Shown: positions 1-9,347 of the stretch, piece after piece
Numbering within the stretch: the stretch's first letter is position 1
Layout: each line of letters begins with the position of its first letter
Assembly: GCA_025060715.1 (NCBI GenBank)
Contig: JANXBG010000004.1
Location: 4,920 to 68,919, forward strand
Direction of reading: 5' to 3'
Origin: a candidate division WOR-3 bacterium
Lineage (GTDB): Bacteria; Hydrothermota; Tepidihabitantia; Tepidihabitantales; DTDR01
DNA length: 64,000 nucleotides
Notes under the pieces: generated by a model
What the model saw: the letters and a program-made list of their open reading frames with translations, nothing else
What the model was told of the DNA's origin: nothing
Databases searched by the model: none
Translations under genes and position numbers: made by a program

Positions 1-1090
1 GTTCCTCCAATCTTTTCCTTAAATAACTGGCATTTAATACTGCAATTTGCGACATCTTTTTCAAACCTTTTATTCCGTGCATTCTTATATAAGTATAGGC
101 CTTTACGAAAACATTAAAATTACCATAAAAACTGGCTGTTTTACCAATTGATTCTTTATCATATTTAAAATAATATCTTTCACCATTTTTTTCAATTTTT
201 GGATTAGGTAAATAAGGAACTAAAAAATTTTTAGCACCCACCGGACCAGCACCAGGACCGCCACCGCCATGAGGAGTAGAAAAAGTTTTATGTAAATTGA
301 AATGCATAATATCAACTCCGGCATCACCGGGTTTGTGAATGCCACAATAGGCATTTAAATTAGCACCATCTAAATATAATAAAGCCCCATATTTATGCAA
401 TTCCTCAGCAATCCCTTTAATATTCCTTTCAAAAATTCCTAAAGTGTTGGGATTGGTAATCATCAAACAGGCAACCTTTTCATTCAAATTTTTCTTTAAG
501 TCTTCTAAATCTATCATTCCTTCACTATTAGATTTAATTGTTTGAGCAATAAATCCTGCCATTGCAACACTTGCTGGATTTGTGCCGTGCGCCGAATCAG
601 GAATTAAAACAATTTTTCTATCTTCTTTTTTATCAATAAAATATTTCTTAATAACCAGCATTGCGGTTAATTCGCCACTTGCACCAGCTGGTGGTTGTAA
701 AGAAACATAATCCATTCCTGAAATCTCTTTTAAAAATTGAGAAAGTTCATACATCAATTTTAAAGCTCCTTGGATATCCTCTTCTTTTTGTAAAGGATGA
801 AGATAAAGAAATCCTTCATAACTACTAACTTCTTCATTCACCTTTGGATTATGTTTCATTGTGCAACTTCCTAAGGGATAAATTCCTTTATCTAAATGAT
901 AATTTAAAGCCGAAAGCCTAATAAAATGCCTGATCACCTCAATTTCTGAAACCTCAATAAATTCAAAATCCTTTCTTAAAAGATTTTCTGGAATATTGCT
1001 TTCTATCTTTTTTTCAGGAATATCTAAATCACCAAAATAGTCATTAAATTTACCTTTTTTAGAATATTCTTTAATTAACTTCTCAAGCAT
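1..1090 (-). CDS. gcvPB: Glycine dehydrogenase (decarboxylating) subunit 2 (GcvPB). The window edge removes the C-terminus; the ATG is at 1090-1088.
   Basis: Reverse-strand translation is open from 1090 to the window edge. It shows PLP-dependent P-protein C-terminal subunit signatures (..SAHGTNPASV.., ..NLHKTFSTPHGGGGPG..) and follows gcvPA in the operon. Confidence 0.8.
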   Translation of the reverse strand, partial: MLEKLIKEYSKKGKFNDYFGDLDIPEKKIESNIPENLLRKDFEFIEVSEIEVIRHFIRLSALNYHLDKGIYPLGSCTMKHNPKVNEEVSSYEGFLYLHPLQKEEDIQGALKLMYELSQFLKEISGMDYVSLQPPAGASGELTAMLVIKKYFIDKKEDRKIVLIPDSAHGTNPASVAMAGFIAQTIKSNSEGMIDLEDLKKNLNEKVACLMITNPNTLGIFERNIKGIAEELHKYGALLYLDGANLNAYCGIHKPGDAGVDIMHFNLHKTFSTPHGGGGPGAGPVGAKNFLVPYLPNPKIEKNGERYYFKYDKESIGKTASFYGNFNVFVKAYTYIRMHGIKGLKKMSQIAVLNASYLRKRLEE

Positions 1091-1093
1091 ATT

Positions 1094-1288
1094 TCATCCC
1101 TTGTAATGTTTTATAAAATTTTCAATTGAACGGTCATAAGTTTTTTCTACCTCTTTTGAGAAAAAGCAAGCAGGAACTTCTTTTCTTTTCAAATGGTAAT
1201 GAAGACATTCACAACATTTTCCTTTCTTTTCACAAACAGGATAAGAACAATTACAAAAACTTAAATTTCTTTTAATATTACATTCCAT
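1094..1288 (-). CDS. Small cysteine-rich protein (64 aa, CxC..C..CCxC..H pattern) sitting between gcvPA and gcvPB.
   Basis: Complete ORF, tightly packed with its neighbours (1 bp from gcvPA, 3 bp from gcvPB). It has 8 Cys in 64 aa, resembling 'cysteine-rich small domain' proteins. No family was confirmed. Confidence 0.45.
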   Translation of the reverse strand: MECNIKRNLSFCNCSYPVCEKKGKCCECLHYHLKRKEVPACFFSKEVEKTYDRSIENFIKHYKG

Positions 1289-1289
1289 A

Positions 1290-2642
1290 TTAAAAACTCC
1301 TTTTTAAAAATTCTACAAAATAATCCATCTCTTCTTTTTTTCTCTTTTCTGTTACACAGATAAGCAAAGTATCTTTTAAACTTTCATCTTTAGTTATCTC
1401 ATACAAATCAATCCCCGCATAAATCCTTTCTTTTTCACATTTATTTATCAACTCCTTTATTGGAACTTTACTTTTTATTGTAAATTCTTTAAAGAAAGGT
1501 TTATCAGAAACTTTCTCAAAAATTGGTAAAGATAAAAGATTTTCATAAAGATAATGGCTCTTTTGAAAAGAGAAGTTAGCAACCTTTTTAAGCCCTTCTT
1601 TTCCCATTAAAGAAAGATAGATTGCTGCTCTTAAAGCACATAGTTGTTGATTAGTACAAATATTTGATGTTGCCTTTTCTCTTCTAATATGTTGCTCTCT
1701 TGTTTGTAAGACTGTTACATAACCAACCTTTCCTTCTTTATCAATTGTTTTACCACATATCCTTCCGGGTAATTCTCTAATATATTCTTTTTTAGAGGTC
1801 AAAATTCCTAAAAGAGGTCCGCCCAAAGAAGGATAAAGACCTAAACTCTGACCTTCAGCAGTTGCCAAATCAGCATCATAATCTCCCGGTGGCTTTAAGA
1901 TTGCCAGAGAGATTGGGTCACAAGAGACAATTAATTTTCCATTATATTTTTTAACTATTTGAGAAATAGTATTACTATCTTCTATAAAACCAAAAAAATT
2001 AGGTGTCTGAAATACTAAAAAGAAATCATTTTCAAACTCTTTCGCTTTTTTTTCTAAATAATCAATATCGAGAACAAATTGCTTTAAAGGTATTTTAATA
2101 AAGTTTATATCTTGACCTAAAAAATAGGTTTTAACAACTTCCCAGCAAAAGGGTGATAAACCGGATGAGATTAAACAATTTTTATAACCCCTCTTTTTTA
2201 AAATATAAATTGCCTCTGCTAAAGCAGTAGCACCATCATAATGGGAAGCAGTTGAGACATCCATTTTAAATAAATCACAGATAAGAGATTGAAATTCAAA
2301 CATCGCTTGCAAAGTTCCTTGGGATACCTCCGGTTGATAGGGAGTATAGGCAGTATAATATTCACTTCTTAAAACAATCTGGTCAATACAAGCAGGAATA
2401 TAATGATCATAAATTCCACCACCAAGAAAAGAAATATAAGAGGAAATAGGCTTATTCTCACAAGAAATCTTCTTTAACTCTTTTCTAACATCTAATTCTT
2501 TTAGAACTTTTATCTTTTCTTCTTCTGATTTCGTTTTTAAATCATCAGGTATTGATAAAAAAAGTTCATCTAAACTTTTTAGTCCAAGATAGGAAAGCAT
2601 TTCTTTTATCTCTTCTTCGCTATGAGGAATAAACATAATCAC
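1290..2642 (-). CDS. gcvPA: Glycine dehydrogenase (decarboxylating) subunit 1 (GcvPA).
   Basis: 450 aa. The N-terminus (MFIPHSEEEIKEMLSYLGL..) and overall P-protein N-subunit architecture fit. It overlaps gcvH by 4 nt. Confidence 0.9.
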   Translation of the reverse strand: MIMFIPHSEEEIKEMLSYLGLKSLDELFLSIPDDLKTKSEEEKIKVLKELDVRKELKKISCENKPISSYISFLGGGIYDHYIPACIDQIVLRSEYYTAYTPYQPEVSQGTLQAMFEFQSLICDLFKMDVSTASHYDGATALAEAIYILKKRGYKNCLISSGLSPFCWEVVKTYFLGQDINFIKIPLKQFVLDIDYLEKKAKEFENDFFLVFQTPNFFGFIEDSNTISQIVKKYNGKLIVSCDPISLAILKPPGDYDADLATAEGQSLGLYPSLGGPLLGILTSKKEYIRELPGRICGKTIDKEGKVGYVTVLQTREQHIRREKATSNICTNQQLCALRAAIYLSLMGKEGLKKVANFSFQKSHYLYENLLSLPIFEKVSDKPFFKEFTIKSKVPIKELINKCEKERIYAGIDLYEITKDESLKDTLLICVTEKRKKEEMDYFVEFLKRSF

Positions 2643-3028
2643 TCTCCGATATGTTTTTTATAATCTTCACTATTTAGCAAATTTTTCAATTCTTCTTTAT
2701 CTTTTATTTTGATTTTTAATATCCAACCTTTTCCATAAGGGTCTTGATTGGCGATTACTGGATTATTAATCAATTCTTTATTTATTTCAATAACCTCGCC
2801 TGAAATTGGCAAATATAAATCAGCAGCTGTTTTTACTGCCTCCACATAACCAAATTTTTCACCCGCCGTTAAATTTTTACCAATAATACCCTCATCAATA
2901 CCAAAATAAACAATATCCTGTAACTCCTTTTGGGCAAAATCGGTTATACCAATAATTCCAATATCTCCTTCTACTTTAATCCATTCATGAGTTTTAGTAT
3001 AATATAAGTTATCTAATACCAAACTCAT
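2639..3028 (-). CDS. gcvH: Glycine cleavage system H protein (lipoyl carrier).
   Basis: 129 aa with THEWIKVEGD..GITDFAQ and a lipoyl-Lys context (EAVKTAADLY). Confidence 0.9.
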   Translation of the reverse strand: MSLVLDNLYYTKTHEWIKVEGDIGIIGITDFAQKELQDIVYFGIDEGIIGKNLTAGEKFGYVEAVKTAADLYLPISGEVIEINKELINNPVIANQDPYGKGWILKIKIKDKEELKNLLNSEDYKKHIGE

Positions 3029-4125
3029 TAAACCTCCTTTTTTAATCTTTTAATACTACCAAATTGATAAAAGGGTAATTTTACAATCTCTCCTTCTTTT
3101 TTATTTTCTAAATAGACTTTATTACCAATTTGGCTATGAGTTATTTCTACATAACCCATAGCAATCCCACAATTTAAACTAAAGGAAAAAGTGCCACTAG
3201 TAATAAAACCAATTAAAGAGCCGTTCTTATCATAAAGGTTCATTTTGGATCTAGGAATTACATTATCATAAAATTTTATTCCAACCAATTTTCTTTTCAA
3301 TCCCTTTTCTTTTATCTTTAATAATGCCTCTTTTCCAATAAAATCTTTGTTAAATTTCACAACAAAAGAAAGATTTGCCTCTAAGGGATTTTTATCTTTA
3401 TCAATATCCTGACCATATAAACAATAACCCATTTCTAATCTCAACATATCCCTGGCACCAAGTCCACAAGGCAAAAGAGAGGGATTTTTTTCAAAAAAGG
3501 CATCCCAAATTTTATGAGCATAATTTCTATTAAAATATAATTCAAAACCGTCCTCACCGGTATAACCTGTGCGGGAAACCAACATTGGTATACCTAAAAC
3601 CTCTATTTCTTTAGAAAAATAAAAACCAATCTCTGATAGGTCATTATTAACCAAAGAAGATAAAACTTTTTCTGCCTTTTTCCCTTGCAAAGCAAGTTGA
3701 CAAATCTCTTCAGAGAGGTTTTTCACTTGGCAGTTAAAATTTTTATTTATTTCTAATATATAATTATAATCTTTTTCTAAATTGGCACAATTTACTACTA
3801 AAAGAATCCTTTGAGGTAAATTATAACAAACCAAATCATCCACAATACCACCATCTTCATAAAGCATACAGGCATAACAAGCTTGATATTCCTTTAAAGA
3901 AAAAACATCATTAGTTATTAAATAATTTACAAATTCCTTATAATTTTTACCGGAAATTTCTATTCTTCCCATATGGGAAACATCAAAAAGTCCACAGTCA
4001 TTTCTTACTGCCAAAACCTCCTCTTTGATTGACCGATAGGAAATGGGCATTAGATAGGAAAAAAAGTTAACCATCTTCCCCTGATACTCTAAATGCTTTT
4101 CATAAAAGGGAGTTTTTTTTAGCAT
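3028..4125 (-). CDS. gcvT: Aminomethyltransferase (glycine cleavage T protein).
   Basis: 365 aa. The GcvT fold is recognisable (..LFDVSHMGRIEISG.., ..RTGYTGEDGFEL..), and it is the first gene of the gcvTH-PA-PB operon. Confidence 0.9.
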   Translation of the reverse strand: MLKKTPFYEKHLEYQGKMVNFFSYLMPISYRSIKEEVLAVRNDCGLFDVSHMGRIEISGKNYKEFVNYLITNDVFSLKEYQACYACMLYEDGGIVDDLVCYNLPQRILLVVNCANLEKDYNYILEINKNFNCQVKNLSEEICQLALQGKKAEKVLSSLVNNDLSEIGFYFSKEIEVLGIPMLVSRTGYTGEDGFELYFNRNYAHKIWDAFFEKNPSLLPCGLGARDMLRLEMGYCLYGQDIDKDKNPLEANLSFVVKFNKDFIGKEALLKIKEKGLKRKLVGIKFYDNVIPRSKMNLYDKNGSLIGFITSGTFSFSLNCGIAMGYVEITHSQIGNKVYLENKKEGEIVKLPFYQFGSIKRLKKEV

Positions 4126-4219
4126 TTTAAAATTAAATTATAATAAATTATTACCAAAAGTCAAAAATATTTTTATATTTAACTCTTGACTTAAAGATAT
4201 TTATCTTTATACTAAATAA
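4126..4219. promoter_or_regulatory. Divergent promoter region. glmM (+) has -35 TTGACT at 4186-4191 and -10 TATACT at 4208-4213. gcvT (-) has -35 at 4164-4159 and -10 TATAAT at 4142-4137. Both imply leaderless or near-leaderless mRNAs.
   Basis: Two sigma-70-like hexamer pairs with 16-nt spacers were read directly from the sequence. The predicted transcription start lies at the glmM ATG (4220) and 5 nt upstream of the gcvT ATG. Neither gene has a Shine-Dalgarno (SD) sequence. Confidence 0.4.
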
Positions 4220-5551
4220 ATGTATAAATTTAGCGTTTCGGGTTTAAGAGGTAAAATATTTTTTAATATTTTTCCTTATGATTTTTTTACCTTTGCTTAT
4301 CATTTTGCCCGAAATCAAAAAGAAGATAAAATCCTCATTGGCTATGATACAAGACCGAGTTCTAAGCTTTTTTATTTATCAGTACTATCAGGTATTTTTC
4401 AAGCAAATAAGAATGTCATTGATTTAGAAATTATCCCTACTCCAACATTAGTCTTTGCCTCTCAAATATTAAAATTACCAGGTATAATCATTACTGCCTC
4501 CCATAATCCAATTAATGAGAATGGGTTAAAATTTGTTTCTACTTATGGGAGATTCTTATTTGAAAAGGAAATTAAAAAGTTTAGTATTAATAATATTCAA
4601 AATATAGAAAGAAAAAGTTTACCAAAAATTGAAAAAATAGATAAAGAATCTATTTATCAAAAACATTTCTTAAAAATTAGTAAGTATAAGATTTTTAAAA
4701 GTTTATCTTTCAAGGATTTAAAAATTGGTATTGATTGTGTTAACGGCTCAGCAAGTTCGGAGATTAATTATTTTTGTAATCTTTTAAATTTAAGGGCAAA
4801 ACTCTTATTTTGTGAAGAAAGAATAGAAAAAGATTTTCCAAGACCTCCTGAACCTTCAGAAAATTCTTTAAAAAAACTTTCTGATCTGGTAAAAAAAGAA
4901 AGTTTGGATTTAGGAATTGGATTTGATCCTGATGGTGATAGAGTTGCTTTCGTTTGTGAAAATGGTGAAGTTTTAAACGAAGAGTATACCCTTCCCCTTT
5001 CTCTTTTCTATTTCTTAGAAAAGAAAAAAACACCTGTGGTCTGTAATTTTTCAACAAGTCTTTTAGTTAATGATATTTGTGAAAAATTTAATGTTCCTCT
5101 GTATCGGACAAAAGTAGGAGAAAGTAATGTTTTATATCAAATGTTAAAGAAAAAAAGTCTTATTGGTGGCGAGGGAAATGGAGGAGTAATTATTAAAGAT
5201 ATCAATTTAACAAGAGATGGGTTTGTTGCCTTTTATACTATTCTATCTTTGATTAAAGAAAAGGATAAACCATTATCAATATTGAAAAAGAATTTTAATC
5301 AATACATAATTATTAAGGAGAAAATGAGTTTTGATACTAAATTTTTTTTTAAGATTAAAAAAAGAATAAAAAGTAAATTTATTAAATTATTTAAAAAACC
5401 TTATATTATTAATGAAGAGGATGGCTTTTTCTTTTTTAAAAGAAATCTTTTATTCCATTTAAGACCTTCTAATACGGAAAATATTTTGAGGGTAATAATT
5501 AATGCCGATGATGAAAAGATAGTCAATAAGATTTATGAGATTTTAAAATAA
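4220..5551 (+). CDS. glmM: Phosphoglucosamine mutase / phosphohexomutase family enzyme. A GlmM role is likely because it directly precedes glmS.
   Basis: It has the active-site Ser loop ITASHNP and the Mg-binding loop GFDPDGDR. It is translationally abutted to glmS with a 1-nt gap. Confidence 0.7.
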   Translation: MYKFSVSGLRGKIFFNIFPYDFFTFAYHFARNQKEDKILIGYDTRPSSKLFYLSVLSGIFQANKNVIDLEIIPTPTLVFASQILKLPGIIITASHNPINENGLKFVSTYGRFLFEKEIKKFSINNIQNIERKSLPKIEKIDKESIYQKHFLKISKYKIFKSLSFKDLKIGIDCVNGSASSEINYFCNLLNLRAKLLFCEERIEKDFPRPPEPSENSLKKLSDLVKKESLDLGIGFDPDGDRVAFVCENGEVLNEEYTLPLSLFYFLEKKKTPVVCNFSTSLLVNDICEKFNVPLYRTKVGESNVLYQMLKKKSLIGGEGNGGVIIKDINLTRDGFVAFYTILSLIKEKDKPLSILKKNFNQYIIIKEKMSFDTKFFFKIKKRIKSKFIKLFKKPYIINEEDGFFFFKRNLLFHLRPSNTENILRVIINADDEKIVNKIYEILK

Positions 5552-5552
5552 T

Positions 5553-7412
5553 ATGTGCGGAATTGTTGGTTATATTGGCTCAAGAGATATAATTTCGGTT
5601 TTGTTAGTTGCCTTAGAAAGATTGGAATATCGGGGATATGATTCTTGTGGGATTGCCGTAAGTTATCAAGGAAGGATTTTTATTAAAAAGACCGCTGGTA
5701 GGTTATTTAAATTAAAAGAAATCCTTAATTCTTCTCCTTTATTTTCTCATGAAGAGGGAGAAACCTTAATTGGTATTGGCCATACCCGTTGGGCAACCCA
5801 TGGGAAAGTAAGCGATGAAAATGCTCATCCTTTTTTAGATTGCGAAAAGAAATTAGCAATCGTTCATAATGGAATAATCGAAAATTTCCAAGAATTAAAA
5901 GAAAGGCTTATTAATAATGGCCACAAATTTGAAAGTGAAACCGATACTGAGGTGATTGTTCATCTTTTAGAAGAGAAAATAAAAAAAGATCATATAAGTG
6001 AAAAAGATTTCTTAAAAGCCTTGTCAGAAACATTAAAGGAATTAAAAGGAAGTTTTGCTTTATGTCTTATATCTCCTCTTTTTGATTTTCTTATTGGTAT
6101 AAAAAAAGGAAGCCCCCTGTTATGTGGAATTGGTAAAAACGAAGGAATGATTGCTTCAGATATATTAGCATTAGTGGGCATCTGTAAAAAAGTTTACATT
6201 ATGGAAGATGGTGAAATCTGTTTTCTTAAAAAAGATAAAGTAAATTTTTATAATGAAAATGGTGAAAAAATTGAGAAAGATGCGCAAACTTTAGATTTAA
6301 AAGTAAAAGAAGTGAGTAAAGGTAGATACCGCCATTTTATGCGGAAAGAGATTTTTGAACAGCCGAAAATTCTTACCGAAAATTTAGAAAAAAGACTTTA
6401 TGATAAAGAAATTCTTTTAGGTGAAAGTTTCCATTTATATCCCGAGGATATAAAACATATCACTAACATTGTAATCCAGGCTTGTGGGACTTCTTATCAT
6501 GCAGGTCTAATTGGTCGGGATTATTTTGAAAGAATAAGTGAAATACCAACAACTGTGGAAATTGCTTCCGAACTTATATCTCGACCTTTCTTATTTAATA
6601 ATAATACTTTAATGATTGCTATCTCTCAATCAGGCGAAACTGCTGATACCTTAGCAGCATTAAGAGCGGCAAAAGAAAGAAAAATAAAAAGTTTGGCAAT
6701 CTTAAATGTTAAAAGGTCATCAATGGATAGAGAGGCGGATAATGTTATCTTTATCAATGCCGGACCTGAAATTGGTGTTGCTTCAACAAAGGCTTATACT
6801 GCTCAAATTTTTAATTTATTTATCTTAGCATTATATTTTGCTTTAATAAGAGAAAAGATTAATACCGAAAAATTAAATAATTATTTAAAAGAATTAAAAA
6901 CAATACCCGAAAAGATTAAAAAAACATTACTTTTAGATAAAATAATAAAAAGAGTTGCCAAAAAATATTATAATTCACCCCATTTTGTCTTTTTAGGAAG
7001 AGGAATAAATTACCCCAGTGCCTTAGAAGGTGCTTTAAAATTAAAGGAGATTTCTTATATTCATGCTGCTGGTTATCCCGCTGGTGAAATGAAACATGGA
7101 CCAATTTCGGTAATCAGCGAAGAAACCCCGGTTATTTGCATTTGTGTAAAAGATTCCACTTATGAAAAAATGATTTCTAATATAATGGAAGCAAAAGCAA
7201 GGGGTGGAAGAATTATTACCATCGGTAATGAAAATGATAAAAGACTAAAAGAAATTTCAGAAGATGTTTTTTATCTTCCAGCAACAATTGAATTTTTAAC
7301 ACCTCTTTTAGTTGCCATCCCCCTGCAACTTTTTGCTTACCATATTGCCTGCCTGCGGGGTTGCGATGTTGATAAACCAAGACATTTGGCAAAAAGTGTA
7401 ACGGTATTGTAA
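5553..7412 (+). CDS. glmS: Glutamine--fructose-6-phosphate aminotransferase (isomerising).
   Basis: It starts MCGIVGYIG (Ntn Cys2), has two SIS domains and the C-terminal ..KPRHLAKSVTV(E/L) motif. It is 619 aa. Confidence 0.95.
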   Translation: MCGIVGYIGSRDIISVLLVALERLEYRGYDSCGIAVSYQGRIFIKKTAGRLFKLKEILNSSPLFSHEEGETLIGIGHTRWATHGKVSDENAHPFLDCEKKLAIVHNGIIENFQELKERLINNGHKFESETDTEVIVHLLEEKIKKDHISEKDFLKALSETLKELKGSFALCLISPLFDFLIGIKKGSPLLCGIGKNEGMIASDILALVGICKKVYIMEDGEICFLKKDKVNFYNENGEKIEKDAQTLDLKVKEVSKGRYRHFMRKEIFEQPKILTENLEKRLYDKEILLGESFHLYPEDIKHITNIVIQACGTSYHAGLIGRDYFERISEIPTTVEIASELISRPFLFNNNTLMIAISQSGETADTLAALRAAKERKIKSLAILNVKRSSMDREADNVIFINAGPEIGVASTKAYTAQIFNLFILALYFALIREKINTEKLNNYLKELKTIPEKIKKTLLLDKIIKRVAKKYYNSPHFVFLGRGINYPSALEGALKLKEISYIHAAGYPAGEMKHGPISVISEETPVICICVKDSTYEKMISNIMEAKARGGRIITIGNENDKRLKEISEDVFYLPATIEFLTPLLVAIPLQLFAYHIACLRGCDVDKPRHLAKSVTVL

Positions 7413-7672
7413 ATATTGAAGTAGTAGATATTTAGATAAATACCTGGTTAAAAAATAGAGTTATTCTATCTTTAATATTTGTGATGATAATGGAACTTAG
7501 AAGAACAATTGCTGGTCCTTTACCATCTAAAAGTACAAGAAAATTTTATATTGACCAATGGACAGAAGGACTTTGGGAACATACATATGGAGTAAGAATT
7601 ATTGGAGCAAAAGCGATTGAATAAATAAGATTATTTTATTGATATATCCCAAATTTTTCTTAAAATAAAAAG

Positions 7673-8626
7673 ATGAGAAAAATATTAATTTCTATTTTAC
7701 TTCTCTTCTCTTGCTCTCCCCTACCACCAACAATTGGTAAATTGAGGGAAGTGATTATTTTTACTGAATACCAAAATGAAATAGCCGAAGAGATTTCTAA
7801 AATTTTAGAAAAAAAAGTTTATACCCCTCAACCCGAATCCTATTTTACTATTAGATATAAACCTTTTTCTAGTTTTCCTTTGCTTAAAGATTTTACTACG
7901 CTATTTTTAATCGGCACAATTACTGATGAATTTATCTCTGATTTGGTAGGTGATAAAATTGAAATTATTAAAAGGGATACTTTTGGTTTCTTTAGATTAA
8001 AAGATTTATACACAAAAAATCAACAGATATTTATCTTTGTCAGTAATAATAAAAATCTTTTAAAAGAAGGTCTGAAAAGATACGAAAAAAGAATATTTTA
8101 CTCTCTTTTGGAACATATTTATAATCTTATCCATCTTTATACCTATTCCATCGGCATTGATAAGAAAAAAATAAAATATTTAAAAGAAAATTACCGATTT
8201 ACCCTTAAAGTTCCCAAAAAGTATATCTTAAAAGAGGAATATAAAGATAATAATTTTATCTATCTTTTTACTCATTATCCTGATAGGTCAATATTTGTCT
8301 ATTTTGATAATAAAAAAAGAGATTTAATGCCCAAAAAGATTGCTGATTTAAGAGATAGCCTAACTATAAAATTTTATAATGGTGATTATATTTTGAGGGA
8401 ATATACCTTTGCGGAAACTACCTACTTTTTAAACCAAGTCGCCCTCAAACTTATTGGTGTCTGGCAAAATGATAGGGATATTATCGGCGGTCCTTTTATC
8501 TCTTATGCCTTTAACTATCAGGATAAGTTTTTCTTACTTGATGGCACTTTATTTTATCCCGGTGAGAAAAAGTTAAATAATTTACTACAATTAGATGTGA
8601 TTTTAAATACCTTTGAAGTTGAGTAA
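7673..8626 (+). CDS. Hypothetical lipoprotein.
   Basis: It has a signal peptide with a lipobox-like LFSCS. No enzymatic motif was recognised. Confidence 0.45.
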   Translation: MRKILISILLLFSCSPLPPTIGKLREVIIFTEYQNEIAEEISKILEKKVYTPQPESYFTIRYKPFSSFPLLKDFTTLFLIGTITDEFISDLVGDKIEIIKRDTFGFFRLKDLYTKNQQIFIFVSNNKNLLKEGLKRYEKRIFYSLLEHIYNLIHLYTYSIGIDKKKIKYLKENYRFTLKVPKKYILKEEYKDNNFIYLFTHYPDRSIFVYFDNKKRDLMPKKIADLRDSLTIKFYNGDYILREYTFAETTYFLNQVALKLIGVWQNDRDIIGGPFISYAFNYQDKFFLLDGTLFYPGEKKLNNLLQLDVILNTFEVE

Positions 8627-9236
8627 AGAGAATTATATTTTAGGTATTGATGAAGCAGGTAGGGGCTGTGTTATTGGTCCAATGGTTATCTGTGGTGTAT
8701 TAATAGAAGAAAAGGATATTACAAAATTAAAAGAGATTGGTGTAAAAGATTCCAAACTACTTAAACCAAGTAAAAGAGAAAAGTTAGCAAAAGAAATAAA
8801 AAAAATTGCAAAAAAAATAGTTATAAAAAAAATCTCGCCAAAAATTATTGATAAATATAATCTAAATTTTTTAGAGCTTAAAGAAATTAAAAAGATTATT
8901 GAAAAAACTAAACCAACCATTGTTTATTTTGATTGTCCGGTAAATCAAAAGGGAATAAAGGATTATTGTAAAAAATTAGAAAGTTTGTTAGAAAAGAAAA
9001 ATGTTTTACCAAAAATTATTGGCGAAAATAAAGCAGATAAAAAATATGAAGTAGTTAGCGCTGCTTCTATTATCGCTAAAGTAGAAAGAGATAGGATTAT
9101 AAAAAATTTAAGAAAAAAATACGGCGATTTTGGCTCTGGTTATCCTTCTGACAGAAAAACAAAAGAATTCCTAAAAAATTTTTATAATAACTGCCGATTA
9201 ATAATCCGCAAAAAATGGCAAATCAAAATAAATTAA
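8613..9236 (+). CDS. rnhB: Ribonuclease HII.
   Basis: The DEAGRGCVIGPMV motif carries the catalytic Asp-Glu of RNase HII. It is 207 aa. Confidence 0.9.
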   Translation: MKLSKENYILGIDEAGRGCVIGPMVICGVLIEEKDITKLKEIGVKDSKLLKPSKREKLAKEIKKIAKKIVIKKISPKIIDKYNLNFLELKEIKKIIEKTKPTIVYFDCPVNQKGIKDYCKKLESLLEKKNVLPKIIGENKADKKYEVVSAASIIAKVERDRIIKNLRKKYGDFGSGYPSDRKTKEFLKNFYNNCRLIIRKKWQIKIN

Positions 9237-9347
9237 ATTTTCTAATTCCTCTTATAACCAAATTTGGACATCTTATAAAAAGTTCCATTGAAGTTAATGC
9301 CTTGAATAACTTCACCCTTTAGGATAGAAGATTATCCAGAGAAAGGG

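Noticed and set aside
4126-4219. Expected a glycine riboswitch upstream of gcvT and/or a glmS ribozyme upstream of glmS.
   Set aside because: The gcvT leader is only about 5 nt and the 94-bp intergenic region is pure AT-rich promoter sequence, with no GGAGAG/CACCG cores. glmS is 1 nt downstream of glmM, leaving no room for a ribozyme.
4764-5057. Antisense small ORFs inside confident CDSs: 4764-5057, 5990-6181, 6916-7104, 8633-8920, 12429-12671, 13635-13844, 14815-15009, 20940-21143, 28595-28798, 28986-29204, 29341-29592, 33450-33746, 37001-37186, 38619-38837, 39132-39314, 52778-52960, 53219-53539, 54140-54364, 54514-54711, 57494-57786 and 62369-62563.
   Set aside because: All lie wholly within well-supported genes on the opposite strand or in another frame, are short and low-complexity, and fit the chance ORFs expected in AT-rich DNA.
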